The notes under the pieces are model-generated. The model saw only the letters and a list, made by a program, of their open reading frames with translations, was not told the DNA's origin and made no database searches. A DNA stretch of 64,000 nt from Candidatus Aminicenantes bacterium. GTDB lineage: Bacteria > Acidobacteriota > Aminicenantia > UBA2199. Shown here in pieces: positions 35,227 to 45,294 of this stretch. Both the position numbers and the translations under genes were made by a program. The stretch is from assembly GCA_963770755.1 (NCBI GenBank), contig CAVYQZ010000006.1:12509-76508 (forward strand), read 5' to 3'. Position 1 is the first letter of the stretch. Every line of letters starts with the position of its first letter.

Positions 35227-35297
35227 CTTACTTAATCCGATCAGCTTTCTTTAACAAAAATCCTTTGGTATAATTGAACAAATAAGAGGAGAAAATC

Positions 35298-35756
35298 ATG
35301 CCGACAAGAAAACAATTTTGCCAGAGCTGCCTGGCCATGGCCGTGGCCGGGCTGGGGGCGCCGCTGCTGTTCGGGAAGAAAGGCGACGAGATGAAGAAAG
35401 AAGCGGGCCAGGAGAAGAAGATGATCGCTAAGTGCGGTCTGGTCTGCAGCGACTGCCCGGCCTATATCGCCACCAAGAATAACGACGACGCCCTGCGCGC
35501 AGAGACGGCCAAGAAGTGGTCCGCGATGTTCAAGGCCGACATCAAGCCTGCCGATATCAACTGCGACGGCTGCCAGAGTGAATCGCAGCGCCTGTTCAGC
35601 TACTGCCAGACCTGCGAAATCCGCAAGTGCGCCCGAGAAAGAAATCTGGCCACCTGCGCTGACTGCCCGGACTATTCCTGCGAGAAGCTGGACAAGTTCC
35701 TGGCCCAGGTGCCGGAAGCCAGGAAGGTGCTGGATGGATTGAGGAAAGGGGGCTAG
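35298..35756 (+). CDS. DUF3795 Cys-rich protein with Tat-like leader
   Basis: CGLVCSDC, CDGC, CEIRKC, CADCPDYSC; leader TRKQF plus a hydrophobic stretch. Confidence 0.8.
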   Translation: MPTRKQFCQSCLAMAVAGLGAPLLFGKKGDEMKKEAGQEKKMIAKCGLVCSDCPAYIATKNNDDALRAETAKKWSAMFKADIKPADINCDGCQSESQRLFSYCQTCEIRKCARERNLATCADCPDYSCEKLDKFLAQVPEARKVLDGLRKGG

Positions 35757-35779
35757 GGTTCAGGGTACAGGGGCTAGGG
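35752..35779 (+). repeat. NNNAGGG heptamer array
   Basis: gctAGGG ttcAGGG tacAGGG gctAGGG. Confidence 0.75.
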
Positions 35780-35801
35780 TGAAGAAAAGGCAATTCCGGA
35801 T

Positions 35802-35884
35802 GTAGGGGAGGGTTTGGATCCCCTGCGGGGACAGAAAACCAAATCCACGTATGGAGACGCGGATGATTTATACTGTCTCTCCCG
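35802..35884. repeat. GTAG-type REP-like palindrome interrupted by mini-element copy 3 (35821-35874)
   Basis: GTAGGGGAGGGTTTGG-ATC-[54 bp]-GTC-TCTCCCG. Confidence 0.7.
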
Positions 35885-36083
35885 TTTTATATTCACATCC
35901 ACCCTCTTTAATTCCGCATCATGAACGCCAATTTCAAAATAACCGATGGCAACCCGGCAATGGGCGTCCCCAATCTTTATAATACCTATATTAATCCCAG
36001 TGCTGTTGATGCCATTGATTGCCAGCGCCGCCTGAATTACATATAATTCCGAACAGGTCCGCCGCGGCCTGAGGGAGGTTGGC

Positions 36084-37619
36084 ATGAGAAAAAAAAAAGG
36101 CATCCTCTTCGAGCCCAGACGCTTCGACCGCATCGGGTTGTGGAAAGGAGTGGACAAACAGCAGTGGAACGACCCGCACTGGCAGTTGCAGAACTCGATC
36201 CGCTCCGTCGCCGAGCTTAAAAGGGTCATCCGCCTGAACCCTTTCCAGGAACAGGAGATCGCCCGCACCGTGGATACGCTGCGCGCCCAGGGCAAACAGC
36301 CGCTGCGCATCACCCCTTACTATGCCTCGCTGATGCAGGCCGACCCCTTCCACCCGAAAATGCTGCCCGGGGAAAAATCGCATAAACGCCTCGATCCCGT
36401 CTTCTGGCAGAGCGTGCCCACGCCGGCCAACCTGCTGTTCCCCGATACCGGCGTCGAGGGCGCCATGAACGAGGGCTCGCGCAGCTTCGGCGCCGCCTAC
36501 CAGCGCTACCCCAACCGCCTGGCCCTCTTCGTGGCCCAGAACACCAGCTGCGCCTCCTACTGCGTCCACTGCCAGCGCGCCAAGTCCCTGGACAACACGG
36601 TGGAGGTCAGCCGAAGCGAGATCGACCGCGGCCTGTTCTATATCGGCTTCAACCGCAACATCAACGAGGTGCTGGTCACCGGCGGCGACGCGCTGATGAT
36701 CAGCCACCGGCGCCTGCAGTATGTGCTGGAGGAGCTGAGCCGCATCGAGCACCTGCACGTTATCCGCATCGCCACCCGCGTCCCGGTGGTCCTGCCCATG
36801 GCCGTGAGCGACGACCTGCTGGAACTGATCAAGGCCTCGGCCAACCGCTACTCGGGGAACAATCAGAAGTACGTCTATTTCATGACCCACATCAACCATT
36901 ACCAGGAGATCACCGCCGACCTGGCCGCGGCCGTGCAGCGCATCCGCGCCCACGGCTTCACCGTGCGCAACCAGACCGTGCTGCTGAACCACGTCAACGA
37001 TTACTTCCGCACGCTGGCCGAGACCCTGCGCCGCATGTTCTGGATCGGCGTCCATCCCTACTACCTGCTGCAGTGCCATAAGGAAAGGGGCATCATGCAC
37101 TTCATTACGCCCATCCAGGTCGGCAAGCTCTACATGAAGCACCTGCAGGGCTGGATGTCGGGCATCACCCTGCCCAAGTATGCCGCCAACGTCGAGGGCG
37201 GCGGCGGCAAGATCCTGCTGATGCCCAGCGGTCATGACACCCTGAACGAGGACACGCCCATTGACGCCAAGATCTCGGAAAGCTGGGCCACGGTGATCAC
37301 CTGGGACGGCCGTGAACTCCTGCGCTACGAGGCGCTGGGCCGGGCGTCGCGCCGCGAATTTAACGCGGCCGTGGAGACCATGGAGGCCTTTATCGGCCGC
37401 CCCGGGGTCTTTCTGCCCAAGGTGATCATCGTCGGCAGCGACGGTCGGCACCTGGAAACGACCAACCGCATGAAGCTGCCAGGCCTGGAGAAGATGAAGA
37501 AGGCGTGGCAGCTGGACTACGAGGTCCGGGCCGACGGCATGCCGCTGACCAACCCCGCCGACATCGTCGCCGAGTTGGAGAAGAAGTTCGGGCGTTCGAA
37601 ATTCGCCAAGCCGGGCTGA
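36084..37619 (+). CDS. KamA-family radical SAM/PLP aminomutase-like protein
   Basis: WNDPHWQLQN, CASYCVHCQR (CxxxCxxC), TGGDAL, RIATRVP, NQTVLL, GGGGKI. Confidence 0.88.
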   Translation: MRKKKGILFEPRRFDRIGLWKGVDKQQWNDPHWQLQNSIRSVAELKRVIRLNPFQEQEIARTVDTLRAQGKQPLRITPYYASLMQADPFHPKMLPGEKSHKRLDPVFWQSVPTPANLLFPDTGVEGAMNEGSRSFGAAYQRYPNRLALFVAQNTSCASYCVHCQRAKSLDNTVEVSRSEIDRGLFYIGFNRNINEVLVTGGDALMISHRRLQYVLEELSRIEHLHVIRIATRVPVVLPMAVSDDLLELIKASANRYSGNNQKYVYFMTHINHYQEITADLAAAVQRIRAHGFTVRNQTVLLNHVNDYFRTLAETLRRMFWIGVHPYYLLQCHKERGIMHFITPIQVGKLYMKHLQGWMSGITLPKYAANVEGGGGKILLMPSGHDTLNEDTPIDAKISESWATVITWDGRELLRYEALGRASRREFNAAVETMEAFIGRPGVFLPKVIIVGSDGRHLETTNRMKLPGLEKMKKAWQLDYEVRADGMPLTNPADIVAELEKKFGRSKFAKPG

Positions 37620-37646
37620 TGCTTTTTTAAACGGGAAGCCTCCGGG

Positions 37647-37797
37647 ATCAGGTCTCAACGGGCCGCAGGGGGTTTCCCCCAGCCGGCTGAGCACTATCCC
37701 GAATGGGAAGCAGTGGTATCAGGTCTCAACGGGCCGCAGGGGGTTTCCCCCAGCCGGCTGAGCACTATCCCGAATGGGAAGCAGTGGTATCAGGTCT
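37647..37797 (+). repeat. Exact 71-bp tandem duplication bounded by ATCAGGTCT cores
   Basis: Units start at 37647 and 37718; a third core starts at 37789. Confidence 0.9.
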
Positions 37798-37900
37798 TGA
37801 AACGACAGTTTTTTAAAGCAAATTCAAGGGATGTCGCGATCCCGGCGGGCGGAATCGCCCGGGCTTTTTAACTCCGGGCCGCTCCATGCTAAAATAAGAT

Positions 37901-38167
37901 ATGGCAAAAATAAAAGATCTGCTCAAATCCGCACACACGTATATTGTGTTTATTGACGGTCTGTCCATTCTGGCCCTGGCGATCGCATCGAAGTACTTCT
38001 TGAAAACCAAGATCAATCCATTGTTCCTTGCTGTTCCTGCCCTGGTCGTGGTCTGCTACGAGGGCTTGGCGAATCACAAAAAATACCGTCGCTTTGCCAA
38101 TCCATGGTATTGGGTGATCGGGGTGATTTTGGCCACGGCAGGAGTTATTTTGTATCATGCGTTGTGA
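37901..38167 (+). CDS. Small three-TM membrane protein
   Basis: Three hydrophobic segments; lower GC than the flanks. Confidence 0.6.
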   Translation: MAKIKDLLKSAHTYIVFIDGLSILALAIASKYFLKTKINPLFLAVPALVVVCYEGLANHKKYRRFANPWYWVIGVILATAGVILYHAL

Positions 38168-38274
38168 TCGGGTTGAGCCGCCCGGACTGTCTTTAAAGTC
38201 AAAATCCTGAACAGGCACATCAAAGCAGGACGCGGGGGTCAGGTCTTCCGTGACTGCTTTTTAAGGAGAAAAAC

Positions 38275-38631
38275 ATGGAGGAAAATAAAATAATCGCCTA
38301 TTGCGGCATCGACTGCGGTACCTGTCCCGCCTACGTGGCTACGCAAAATGACGACGACGCCCTGCGCGCCGAGACGGCCCGCAAGTGGTCGGAGCTGTAC
38401 GGTGCCGAAAGAAAGGTCGAAGACATTAACTGCGACGGTTGCCCGGGCGACTCCGGGCGCCTGTTTCTTTACTGCGGCGCCTGCGAGGTCCGACGCTGCG
38501 CCCGCGAAAAGAACATCGCCAGCTGCGCCGTTTGCCCGGAATATTCCTGCGCCCGGCTGGATGAATTTTGCGCGATCATGCCGGAGGCAAGGAAATTGCT
38601 GGAAAGACTCAGAAAGAGGAGCATTTCATGA
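38275..38631 (+). CDS. DUF3795 Cys-rich protein
   Basis: CGIDCGTC, CDGC, CEVRRC, CAVCPEYSC; paralog of 35298. Confidence 0.85.
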   Translation: MEENKIIAYCGIDCGTCPAYVATQNDDDALRAETARKWSELYGAERKVEDINCDGCPGDSGRLFLYCGACEVRRCAREKNIASCAVCPEYSCARLDEFCAIMPEARKLLERLRKRSIS

Positions 38632-40217
38632 ATAAAGCAACGTTCTCCCTCGGCTTGATATTCCTGCTGTTTTTTTTCAGCGCCCCTGTGCCGGCCCGGG
38701 AAAAGCCGACGCTGACCGACGAGCAAAAACTGCTCCAGGCCATGCACTCGATCACCAGCCGGGACCTCTACGGTCACGTCGACAAACTGGCCTCCGCCGA
38801 ATTCGCGGGCAGGCTCTCGGGAGACGCCGGCTACGACAGGGCGGCGGCATGGGTGATCCGGCACCTCAAGGAGTGGGGCATCAAACCGCTGGGCAGCGAC
38901 GGCGGCTACCTGCAGAAATTTTCCCATGCCTACACCGACGTCCTGGATGGCTGTTATGTGAAATTGCACGGCAAACAGAAGAACGGCGAAATGATCAAGG
39001 ATTACAACTACGTGGACGATTATATCCCCGGCTCCACCTCGGGAAACGGCGAGATCAAGGCCGAGGCGGTTTTCGTCGGTTACGGCATCAGCGCGCCGGA
39101 ACTGGGATACGACGATTACGCGGCCGTGAACGTCAAGGGCAAGATCGTCGTCATGAACCCCGAGGCGCCGGTCGGCGGCGCGCACAAGAATTTTTTGAAA
39201 TGGCGCCGATACTCTTTTCACCAGTACAAGTTGCTCAATGCCGTCCGCCATGGTGCCGCCGGCATGCTCTACAATTACGGTCCGATCGGCAATCCCAACA
39301 ACGCCTACGCGGATGGCTTCCTCTATACGCATGTCGGGAAAACCGTGATGGCCGACCTGTTCGCCGGCACGGGCCGGAGCGAAGAGGAAGTCTTCAAGAA
39401 AATCAAGGCCAGGCTGAAACCGCTCTCTTTTGCGACCGGGAAAGTGTTCTCCATAAAAAACGTGACCCGGCATCACGCCGACGGCACCACGGCCAACGTG
39501 ATTGGCTATATCGAAGGATCTGATCCGCTGTTGAAGGACGAATTCATCATGGTCGGCGGCCACCTCGACCATCTGGGCCGCTGCCCGGAGATCATGCCCG
39601 GCGCCAACGACAATGCCTCGGCCGTGGCGGTCACCCTGGAGGTGGCGCGGGCGCTGTCCAAACTGGACCTGAAACTGAAACGGTCGGTGGTCTTTTTTTT
39701 CATCGCCGCCGAAGAGGCGGCCCTCAAGGGGGTGCAGTATTTCCTGAAGCATCCCACCATCCCGCTCGAACAGATCAGGGGATTCATCAACATGGACGCG
39801 GTCGGCAACGGACACAGCCTCTGGGTCGGCTTCGCCAGGAATTACCCGGATCTTTATTCATTCCTGGAACAGGCAAACCGGAAATATATCCACCGCGAAT
39901 TGGAGCCCGAATTCAGCGAGAACCTCACCCGGCCCCGCCAGGATGCGGTGTTTTTTGATTACTACGGCATTCCGGTTGTCTCTTTCGGTTCTTTCGGCGA
40001 CGCCGGCGGCGCCGGCACCTACCGCTATCACACCCCCTACGACAACATCAGCAATATCACCCCGGAGATCATGGAGGACCTGTCCCAGCTTCTATTCATG
40101 GCCATTGCCGACATGGCCGGGCAGGACCATCTCGCCATCAAACGGGGCAAGGGCAAGCCCGAATTGCTGAAGCAGTCATCTCTTCCCGATTTGGGTAAGG
40201 CACAAGGGATGGACTAA
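38628..40217 (+). CDS. Secreted M28 peptidase with PA domain
   Basis: Signal peptide; FVGYGI, GHLDHLG, GANDNAS, AEE, NMD, YHTPYD. Confidence 0.9.
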   Translation: MNKATFSLGLIFLLFFFSAPVPAREKPTLTDEQKLLQAMHSITSRDLYGHVDKLASAEFAGRLSGDAGYDRAAAWVIRHLKEWGIKPLGSDGGYLQKFSHAYTDVLDGCYVKLHGKQKNGEMIKDYNYVDDYIPGSTSGNGEIKAEAVFVGYGISAPELGYDDYAAVNVKGKIVVMNPEAPVGGAHKNFLKWRRYSFHQYKLLNAVRHGAAGMLYNYGPIGNPNNAYADGFLYTHVGKTVMADLFAGTGRSEEEVFKKIKARLKPLSFATGKVFSIKNVTRHHADGTTANVIGYIEGSDPLLKDEFIMVGGHLDHLGRCPEIMPGANDNASAVAVTLEVARALSKLDLKLKRSVVFFFIAAEEAALKGVQYFLKHPTIPLEQIRGFINMDAVGNGHSLWVGFARNYPDLYSFLEQANRKYIHRELEPEFSENLTRPRQDAVFFDYYGIPVVSFGSFGDAGGAGTYRYHTPYDNISNITPEIMEDLSQLLFMAIADMAGQDHLAIKRGKGKPELLKQSSLPDLGKAQGMD

Positions 40218-40261
40218 GAAAATGTGAAAACGATTGCTGGACAGCCTGGAGATATTGGAAA

Positions 40262-41596
40262 CTAGTTTCCTGCTTCGGTCATGCGCACCGCATAATCCAT
40301 TTGCACGTCGGTCCCAGCTAAGATGTCCTGGATAGTGGGAACGACGCGGAAATCGGGTGGGAACCCTTCCGAGACGTCGTGGTCCGGAACGGCCGCTTCA
40401 TAGGTCGTCCGGGCCACGCGCAGGCGGATGCCGGTGTTATCCAGGACAAAATCCCTGGAATTGTCGTGGCAGCGAAAGGTGCCGCCACCGGTCTCCCCGA
40501 CAAAGACGGCCAGCCCATGGTATCGGACAATGGAGCAGAAATGTCCGGAGGTCGAAAAACAGCCGCCGTCGATCAGCACCTGGACGGTGCCGCTGAAATG
40601 GACAGTATGCGGAACCGTGGCTTCGAACAAATTATCATAACCCAATCCTTTTTTTAAATAGATGAATGGCTCGTTGGCCAGGTGCGCGATCAAGGCGACC
40701 GACAGCTGGGGATCTCCGCCGCCGTTGCCGCGGATATCGATGATCAGGTGCTTCACGCCGCTGGCGTTCATTTCCATGAATGAGTCTTCAAAAAATATGA
40801 GGTAATTTTGATTTTGCGCGATCACGAAGGACGGGACGGTCATGACAGCCAGGTTGCCGTTGATTTCAAGGGACAAGCGGCTATCGACTGCAAATCTGTC
40901 GCTGACTTCGCCGCTGACCAGAGTATAAGCTCTGGCATTCACCCGGACCACGGACTCGGCGCCGCTGGCGGGATCTTTTACTCTAAAATCAAAGTCGGCC
41001 ATTTCACCCCAAAAATAATAGTAGTACAGGAAAAAATTACGCTTCAAGCGCTGTATCTTGGCTGACGTGTTCAGCGCATCGGAAGATATCCCGGCCATCA
41101 TCCGATCCACGATGGCGGCAATCGGCTCGCCGTTGATGGAGAGCACTTCGCTGCCCAACGGTATTCCCGACATGGAGCCGTAGTCCGCATCAACATGGGC
41201 TTGGCCGTCGGCCAGGTATATCCCCAGCGGCATGACCAGTCCTGGCGAGAATGCAGCGGAAGGCCGGATGATGGTATGGCCGCAATGATAGCGGGTGACC
41301 AGGGGGGCGACGAGCCTGAAAAATTCGATCTCGCTCATGTCGTTCCGGATGGAATCGTATGCCGCATCGAAAAGGCTGCTGAGCGTGGCCGCGGTTTCGT
41401 AGCGCAGCCGGTCGGGATGGTTGTTTTCCAGGGCCTGCCTCATTTGCGTGAAATCGGCCTGCAATTGTTCCGCGGGAAAGGTCCTGCTGCCGTCCTCCCG
41501 GTCATTGCCATTGATTTTGCAGGAAATGGGGAATATGAAAAAAACACAGAATAAAATCAGGGCATATTTGAAAAACGCATGTCTTCTAACGATCAT
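40262..41596 (-). CDS. S41-family peptidase, probable lipoprotein
   Basis: PISC lipobox-like; CGHT, IDIRGNGGG, FVGETGG. Confidence 0.8.
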   Translation of the reverse strand: MIVRRHAFFKYALILFCVFFIFPISCKINGNDREDGSRTFPAEQLQADFTQMRQALENNHPDRLRYETAATLSSLFDAAYDSIRNDMSEIEFFRLVAPLVTRYHCGHTIIRPSAAFSPGLVMPLGIYLADGQAHVDADYGSMSGIPLGSEVLSINGEPIAAIVDRMMAGISSDALNTSAKIQRLKRNFFLYYYYFWGEMADFDFRVKDPASGAESVVRVNARAYTLVSGEVSDRFAVDSRLSLEINGNLAVMTVPSFVIAQNQNYLIFFEDSFMEMNASGVKHLIIDIRGNGGGDPQLSVALIAHLANEPFIYLKKGLGYDNLFEATVPHTVHFSGTVQVLIDGGCFSTSGHFCSIVRYHGLAVFVGETGGGTFRCHDNSRDFVLDNTGIRLRVARTTYEAAVPDHDVSEGFPPDFRVVPTIQDILAGTDVQMDYAVRMTEAGN

Positions 41597-41784
41597 CCGT
41601 CCTCCTGTTCCCTACCGGGACCATCAACCATAGCTGCCGGGAACAAATAACTTTAAATCCAAGATTTAGTACGTTCAATTTCATCTCACAGTTTACCATC
41701 GTGATCGGATCGGCGGCATAGCGATTGGATCACAAGCAATCGCGGCACTTGGATTGGCAGCGGGTCCCCAAGTGCCGCGGCGGC

Positions 41785-42237
41785 TCAGCGCAGCATGGCC
41801 AGGGTGTCTTCGAGGATCGAACTTTGGGGATTTTCGATAATGCGGCCCTGTTCGACGCCGTCGACGAGAAAGATGAAGGTCGGCACGCGTTCCACCATCC
41901 GCTCCTCGGCGTAGAACTTCTGCTCCGGCGACGCCTTGCGCTCCACCGCGAACCAGTTCACCGTCACCCCGGGGAGGTCGGCGACGTCCAGGATCTTCAG
42001 CAAGACCGGGACATGGTTTTTGGAATCGCTGCACCAGGTGCCGAGATAGACATCGATCTGAAGCTCCGGTGCCTTGGTCCTCAGGGCGGCGATCAGGCTC
42101 TCATCCGGGGTGTAGTCGTCATAGACCTTCTGCCACTCCGGGTCATTCAGGATATCGCTGCGGTCCATCGCCACCTGGGCGTGGACGGCAAGGGAAAGAA
42201 CAAACAGCGCCGCGGCGCCAAACAGAATCTTTTTCAT
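41785..42237 (-). CDS. Exported thioredoxin-like protein (CxxS)
   Basis: Signal peptide; GTWCSDS, VPTFI. Confidence 0.8.
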   Translation of the reverse strand: MKKILFGAAALFVLSLAVHAQVAMDRSDILNDPEWQKVYDDYTPDESLIAALRTKAPELQIDVYLGTWCSDSKNHVPVLLKILDVADLPGVTVNWFAVERKASPEQKFYAEERMVERVPTFIFLVDGVEQGRIIENPQSSILEDTLAMLR

Positions 42238-42496
42238 GTTTCCTCCTGACAATACCTGACGATTTTATTGGTTTTCCACCACCCCTGTCAATGCTTTTCA
42301 GGAAAGGAGATCGCTATGCTGAACTTTGGCTGACAGGAAATGGGGGCCAGTCTTGAAATGAAAATTCAAGGCGGGATGGCGGAGTCCAGTTTATCATGGT
42401 TACCTTGCAACTCGAAAAGAAATTTCATAAAATCAAACCAGGCAAGATAAAAAATAAGTATAACATGATGTCAGCGTGATTGACAGGGAGGAAAAA

Positions 42497-43948
42497 ATGA
42501 AGGGTACGTGCGTATGGGTTTGTTTGTGGCTGGTTTTTGCAGGTTTCGTTTTTTCGCAAGCCGGAGACACGGACCGGGAAGCGATCCGGCAGGTGATCGA
42601 TGACAGCATCGGCTGGTTCAAGACAAAGAACTTTGACCGCCTTTTTGAGATATTCCCACTCGATCCAGAGCTGTTCATGTTTCAGCCCACGTCGCAAGGC
42701 ACGGTGATCGGCGGCGAGGCCTTTCGCAAATCGACTGACCTGTGGCGGGATAAAAACAATGTCTACCTGCGGCACCAGATTCGTGATTTGCGCATCAATT
42801 TGTCCGCATCGGGCACGGTGGCCTGGTGGTCGGCCATGCTCGACGACTGCGGCTCCTACGGCGGGCAGGAATTCTGCTGGAAGGATTGCCGCTGGACCGG
42901 GGTCGTGGAAAAACGGGGCGGCCAATGGGTGATCGTCCAGGGCCACTTTTCCTTTGCCCGCGATGTGGTGGAGGCCGAAGCGCTGGCCGGGGATGACGCG
43001 CCGGCCGAGGAATTTGCCGATTACCAATCCATGCGCCAGCGCATCGGGGAATTGTTCGCCCAAGAAAAATATGCTGCTGCGGCCGTCATTTTAAAGGGCG
43101 GCCTGGACAAGTTTCCCGATCACCAGTTGGCCAATACCATCAACCTGGCCCTGACGGCGCTGCTGCAGAATGATGCGGAGAAAACCGTTTACTGGCTTGA
43201 GGAAGGGCACCGCCGCGGCCTGTTTTTTGGCAAGTGGGCCTTTCTGGGCGATCTCTGGAAGCCCCTTGCCGATCATGCCCGTTTCCGGGCTTTCGTGCAG
43301 GAGAACGAAGCCCGCATCGCCGCCGCCCAAAAGCAGGCCTCGATGAAACTGGAGCTGGTCAAGCCGGCCGCTTTCAATCCCAGGCGCCGCTACCCGCTGT
43401 TCATCGCGCTGCACGGCGGCGGAGAGAACGTGGCCGAATTCAAGCCGCACTGGACATCGCCGCGCCTGCAAAAAGAGTTTGTGGTAGCCTTCGTGCAATC
43501 CTCGCAGGTGGCCGACATGAAGGGGTTTCACTGGCAGGAGGATGCCGTCACGCTTAAAGAACTGACACTGGCTTACCAGCAGATCCAGCAGCAGGTGTCC
43601 ATCGATCCGCGCCACGTGTACATCGGCGGGTTTTCCTCGGGCGGCTACGGCTCGATGATCGCCCTGATTTCGGGGATCATCCCCATCCGGGGTTTCATTA
43701 TCCTCTGCCCGGAGCTGCCGGCCGATCCGGACGATGCCCAGTTGGCCTCATTGGCCAAGCGAAAAATCAGGGGCACCCTGCTGACTACGGAACTGGACCG
43801 CCGCATCGAAAGACAAAAAGCCTTTGTCCAGTATCTGAATGCCGGCCGCGTGCCGGTTCATCTCAAGGTTACGCCCAACATCGGCCACTGGTATCCGGAC
43901 AATCTTCCGCAATTGATCGACCAGGCGCTGAAACACATGCGGCGCTGA
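42497..43948 (+). CDS. SnoaL/NTF2-like domain fused to an alpha/beta hydrolase
   Basis: RWTGVVEKRGGQWVIVQGHFS; ALHGGG, GFSSGG (GxSxG), GHWYP. Confidence 0.75.
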   Translation: MKGTCVWVCLWLVFAGFVFSQAGDTDREAIRQVIDDSIGWFKTKNFDRLFEIFPLDPELFMFQPTSQGTVIGGEAFRKSTDLWRDKNNVYLRHQIRDLRINLSASGTVAWWSAMLDDCGSYGGQEFCWKDCRWTGVVEKRGGQWVIVQGHFSFARDVVEAEALAGDDAPAEEFADYQSMRQRIGELFAQEKYAAAAVILKGGLDKFPDHQLANTINLALTALLQNDAEKTVYWLEEGHRRGLFFGKWAFLGDLWKPLADHARFRAFVQENEARIAAAQKQASMKLELVKPAAFNPRRRYPLFIALHGGGENVAEFKPHWTSPRLQKEFVVAFVQSSQVADMKGFHWQEDAVTLKELTLAYQQIQQQVSIDPRHVYIGGFSSGGYGSMIALISGIIPIRGFIILCPELPADPDDAQLASLAKRKIRGTLLTTELDRRIERQKAFVQYLNAGRVPVHLKVTPNIGHWYPDNLPQLIDQALKHMRR

Positions 43949-44049
43949 TGATGCAGACAATTTAAAAAGAGCCGCCCTGCAAAAAAAGCTATCCACGTCA
44001 CTGTTCATTTCATTGCGATTCCTTTAAAATAACTCTGCTTGGGGAAAAA

Positions 44050-44796
44050 ATGAAAAAACAGGCGTTGCATTTTTTATTACTGGCCATGCTGGTTTTGCCA
44101 ATTTATAGCCAGGAAAAGATCGATCTGGGCCGGGACGTCAAAGTGGTCGCACTGGCCCGCGGCATCTGGCGCCATGTGACCTGGAAGACATTCGAATTGA
44201 AGTGGAAGGTGCCGGCCAACGGGCTGATTGTAGTTGACGGGGAACACGCCGTCATGATCGACACCCCCTGGTCGCCGGAGCAAACGGACGTGCTGCTGGA
44301 CTGGGTGCAAAACAGTCTCAAGGTGAAAGTCGAAACGGCGATCGTCGGCCACTCCCACGTCGACTGCCTGGGCGGACTGTCCGCGATTCACCGTCGGGGC
44401 GGTACCTCCATCAGCCTGGACCAGGCGTGCCAGCTGGCGCTGGCCGGGGGTGTCGAAGCGCCCAAAGAAACATTCGCCGGCACGCGCAAGCTCATGGTCG
44501 GCGAACGCGAACTGGAACTTTTTTATCCCGGGCCGGGGCACACCGTGGACAACATCGTCACCTGGATCGCGGACGAGAAGGTCCTGTTCGGCGGCTGCTT
44601 TGTCAAGTCGGCCGATGCCGGATCGCTTGGCTACACGGCCGAATCGGACCTGGCCGCCTGGCCGGCAAGCCTGGCCAGATTGAGAAGCCGCTATCCCGGG
44701 GCCAGGGTGATCGTCCCGGGCCACGGCGCTCCCGGCGGCTGGGAGCTGGTCGAGAACACCCTGAAGCTGCTCAAAGATAAAAGTGAAGGAAAATAA
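44050..44796 (+). CDS. bla: Subclass B1 metallo-beta-lactamase
   Basis: Signal peptide; ANG, IDTPW, HSHVD, GPGHTVDN, FGGCFVK, VPGHG. Confidence 0.9.
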   Translation: MKKQALHFLLLAMLVLPIYSQEKIDLGRDVKVVALARGIWRHVTWKTFELKWKVPANGLIVVDGEHAVMIDTPWSPEQTDVLLDWVQNSLKVKVETAIVGHSHVDCLGGLSAIHRRGGTSISLDQACQLALAGGVEAPKETFAGTRKLMVGERELELFYPGPGHTVDNIVTWIADEKVLFGGCFVKSADAGSLGYTAESDLAAWPASLARLRSRYPGARVIVPGHGAPGGWELVENTLKLLKDKSEGK

Positions 44797-44808
44797 ACTT
44801 TGCCTTTA

Positions 44809-44836
44809 CTACTGACTACTACCTACTAACTACTTT
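44809..44836 (+). repeat. CTACTNN heptamer array
   Basis: CTACTGA CTACTAC CTACTAA CTACTTT. Confidence 0.7.
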
Positions 44837-44856
44837 CTTCCTTACGGAGGTGACCC

Positions 44857-45189
44857 ATGCAATTCATGGTGCTGGCTTATGACGGAACCGATACGGGTGC
44901 CCTGGACCGGAGGCTGGCGGCGCGGCCGGAGCACTTGCGAATGGGAAAGGAATTGCACGAGACGGGGAAATGGCTGTATGCGGCGGGCATACTGGACGAT
45001 GACGGAAAGATGATCGGTTCGATGATCGTCTGCGATTTTTTATCCAGGGAAGAAATGGAACGGCGCTGGCTCAGCCGCGAGCCCTATATTGCCGGCAAGG
45101 TGTGGCAGAAGATCGACATCCAGCGCGTGCAGATTGCTTCTTTCTGTGCAGCCAAACACGGCCCGAGCGGCAATGGTCCGCCAAGCTAA
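44857..45189 (+). CDS. YciI-family protein
   Basis: RLAARPEHL, AGILDDDG..GSM, EPY. Confidence 0.85.
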   Translation: MQFMVLAYDGTDTGALDRRLAARPEHLRMGKELHETGKWLYAAGILDDDGKMIGSMIVCDFLSREEMERRWLSREPYIAGKVWQKIDIQRVQIASFCAAKHGPSGNGPPS

Positions 45190-45294
45190 GATGAAATTCA
45201 GTCTGTGACGCAGCGAACCGAGAAGGCGACCTTCTTGGGATAGGTGCGGCGGCCAGGCGAAGAAGTGAGATAGCGGAAGGGATGCTCTGAAAAA

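Noticed and set aside
35991-37694. Long antisense ORFs (also 19067-20692, 27649-28977, 38469-39815, 48392-49552 and others)
   Set aside because: They are shadow frames of high-GC genes whose motifs are clear on the opposite strand.
37647-37797. CRISPR-like repeat-spacer pattern
   Set aside because: The spacers are identical, the core is only 9 bp, and there are no cas genes; this is a tandem duplication.
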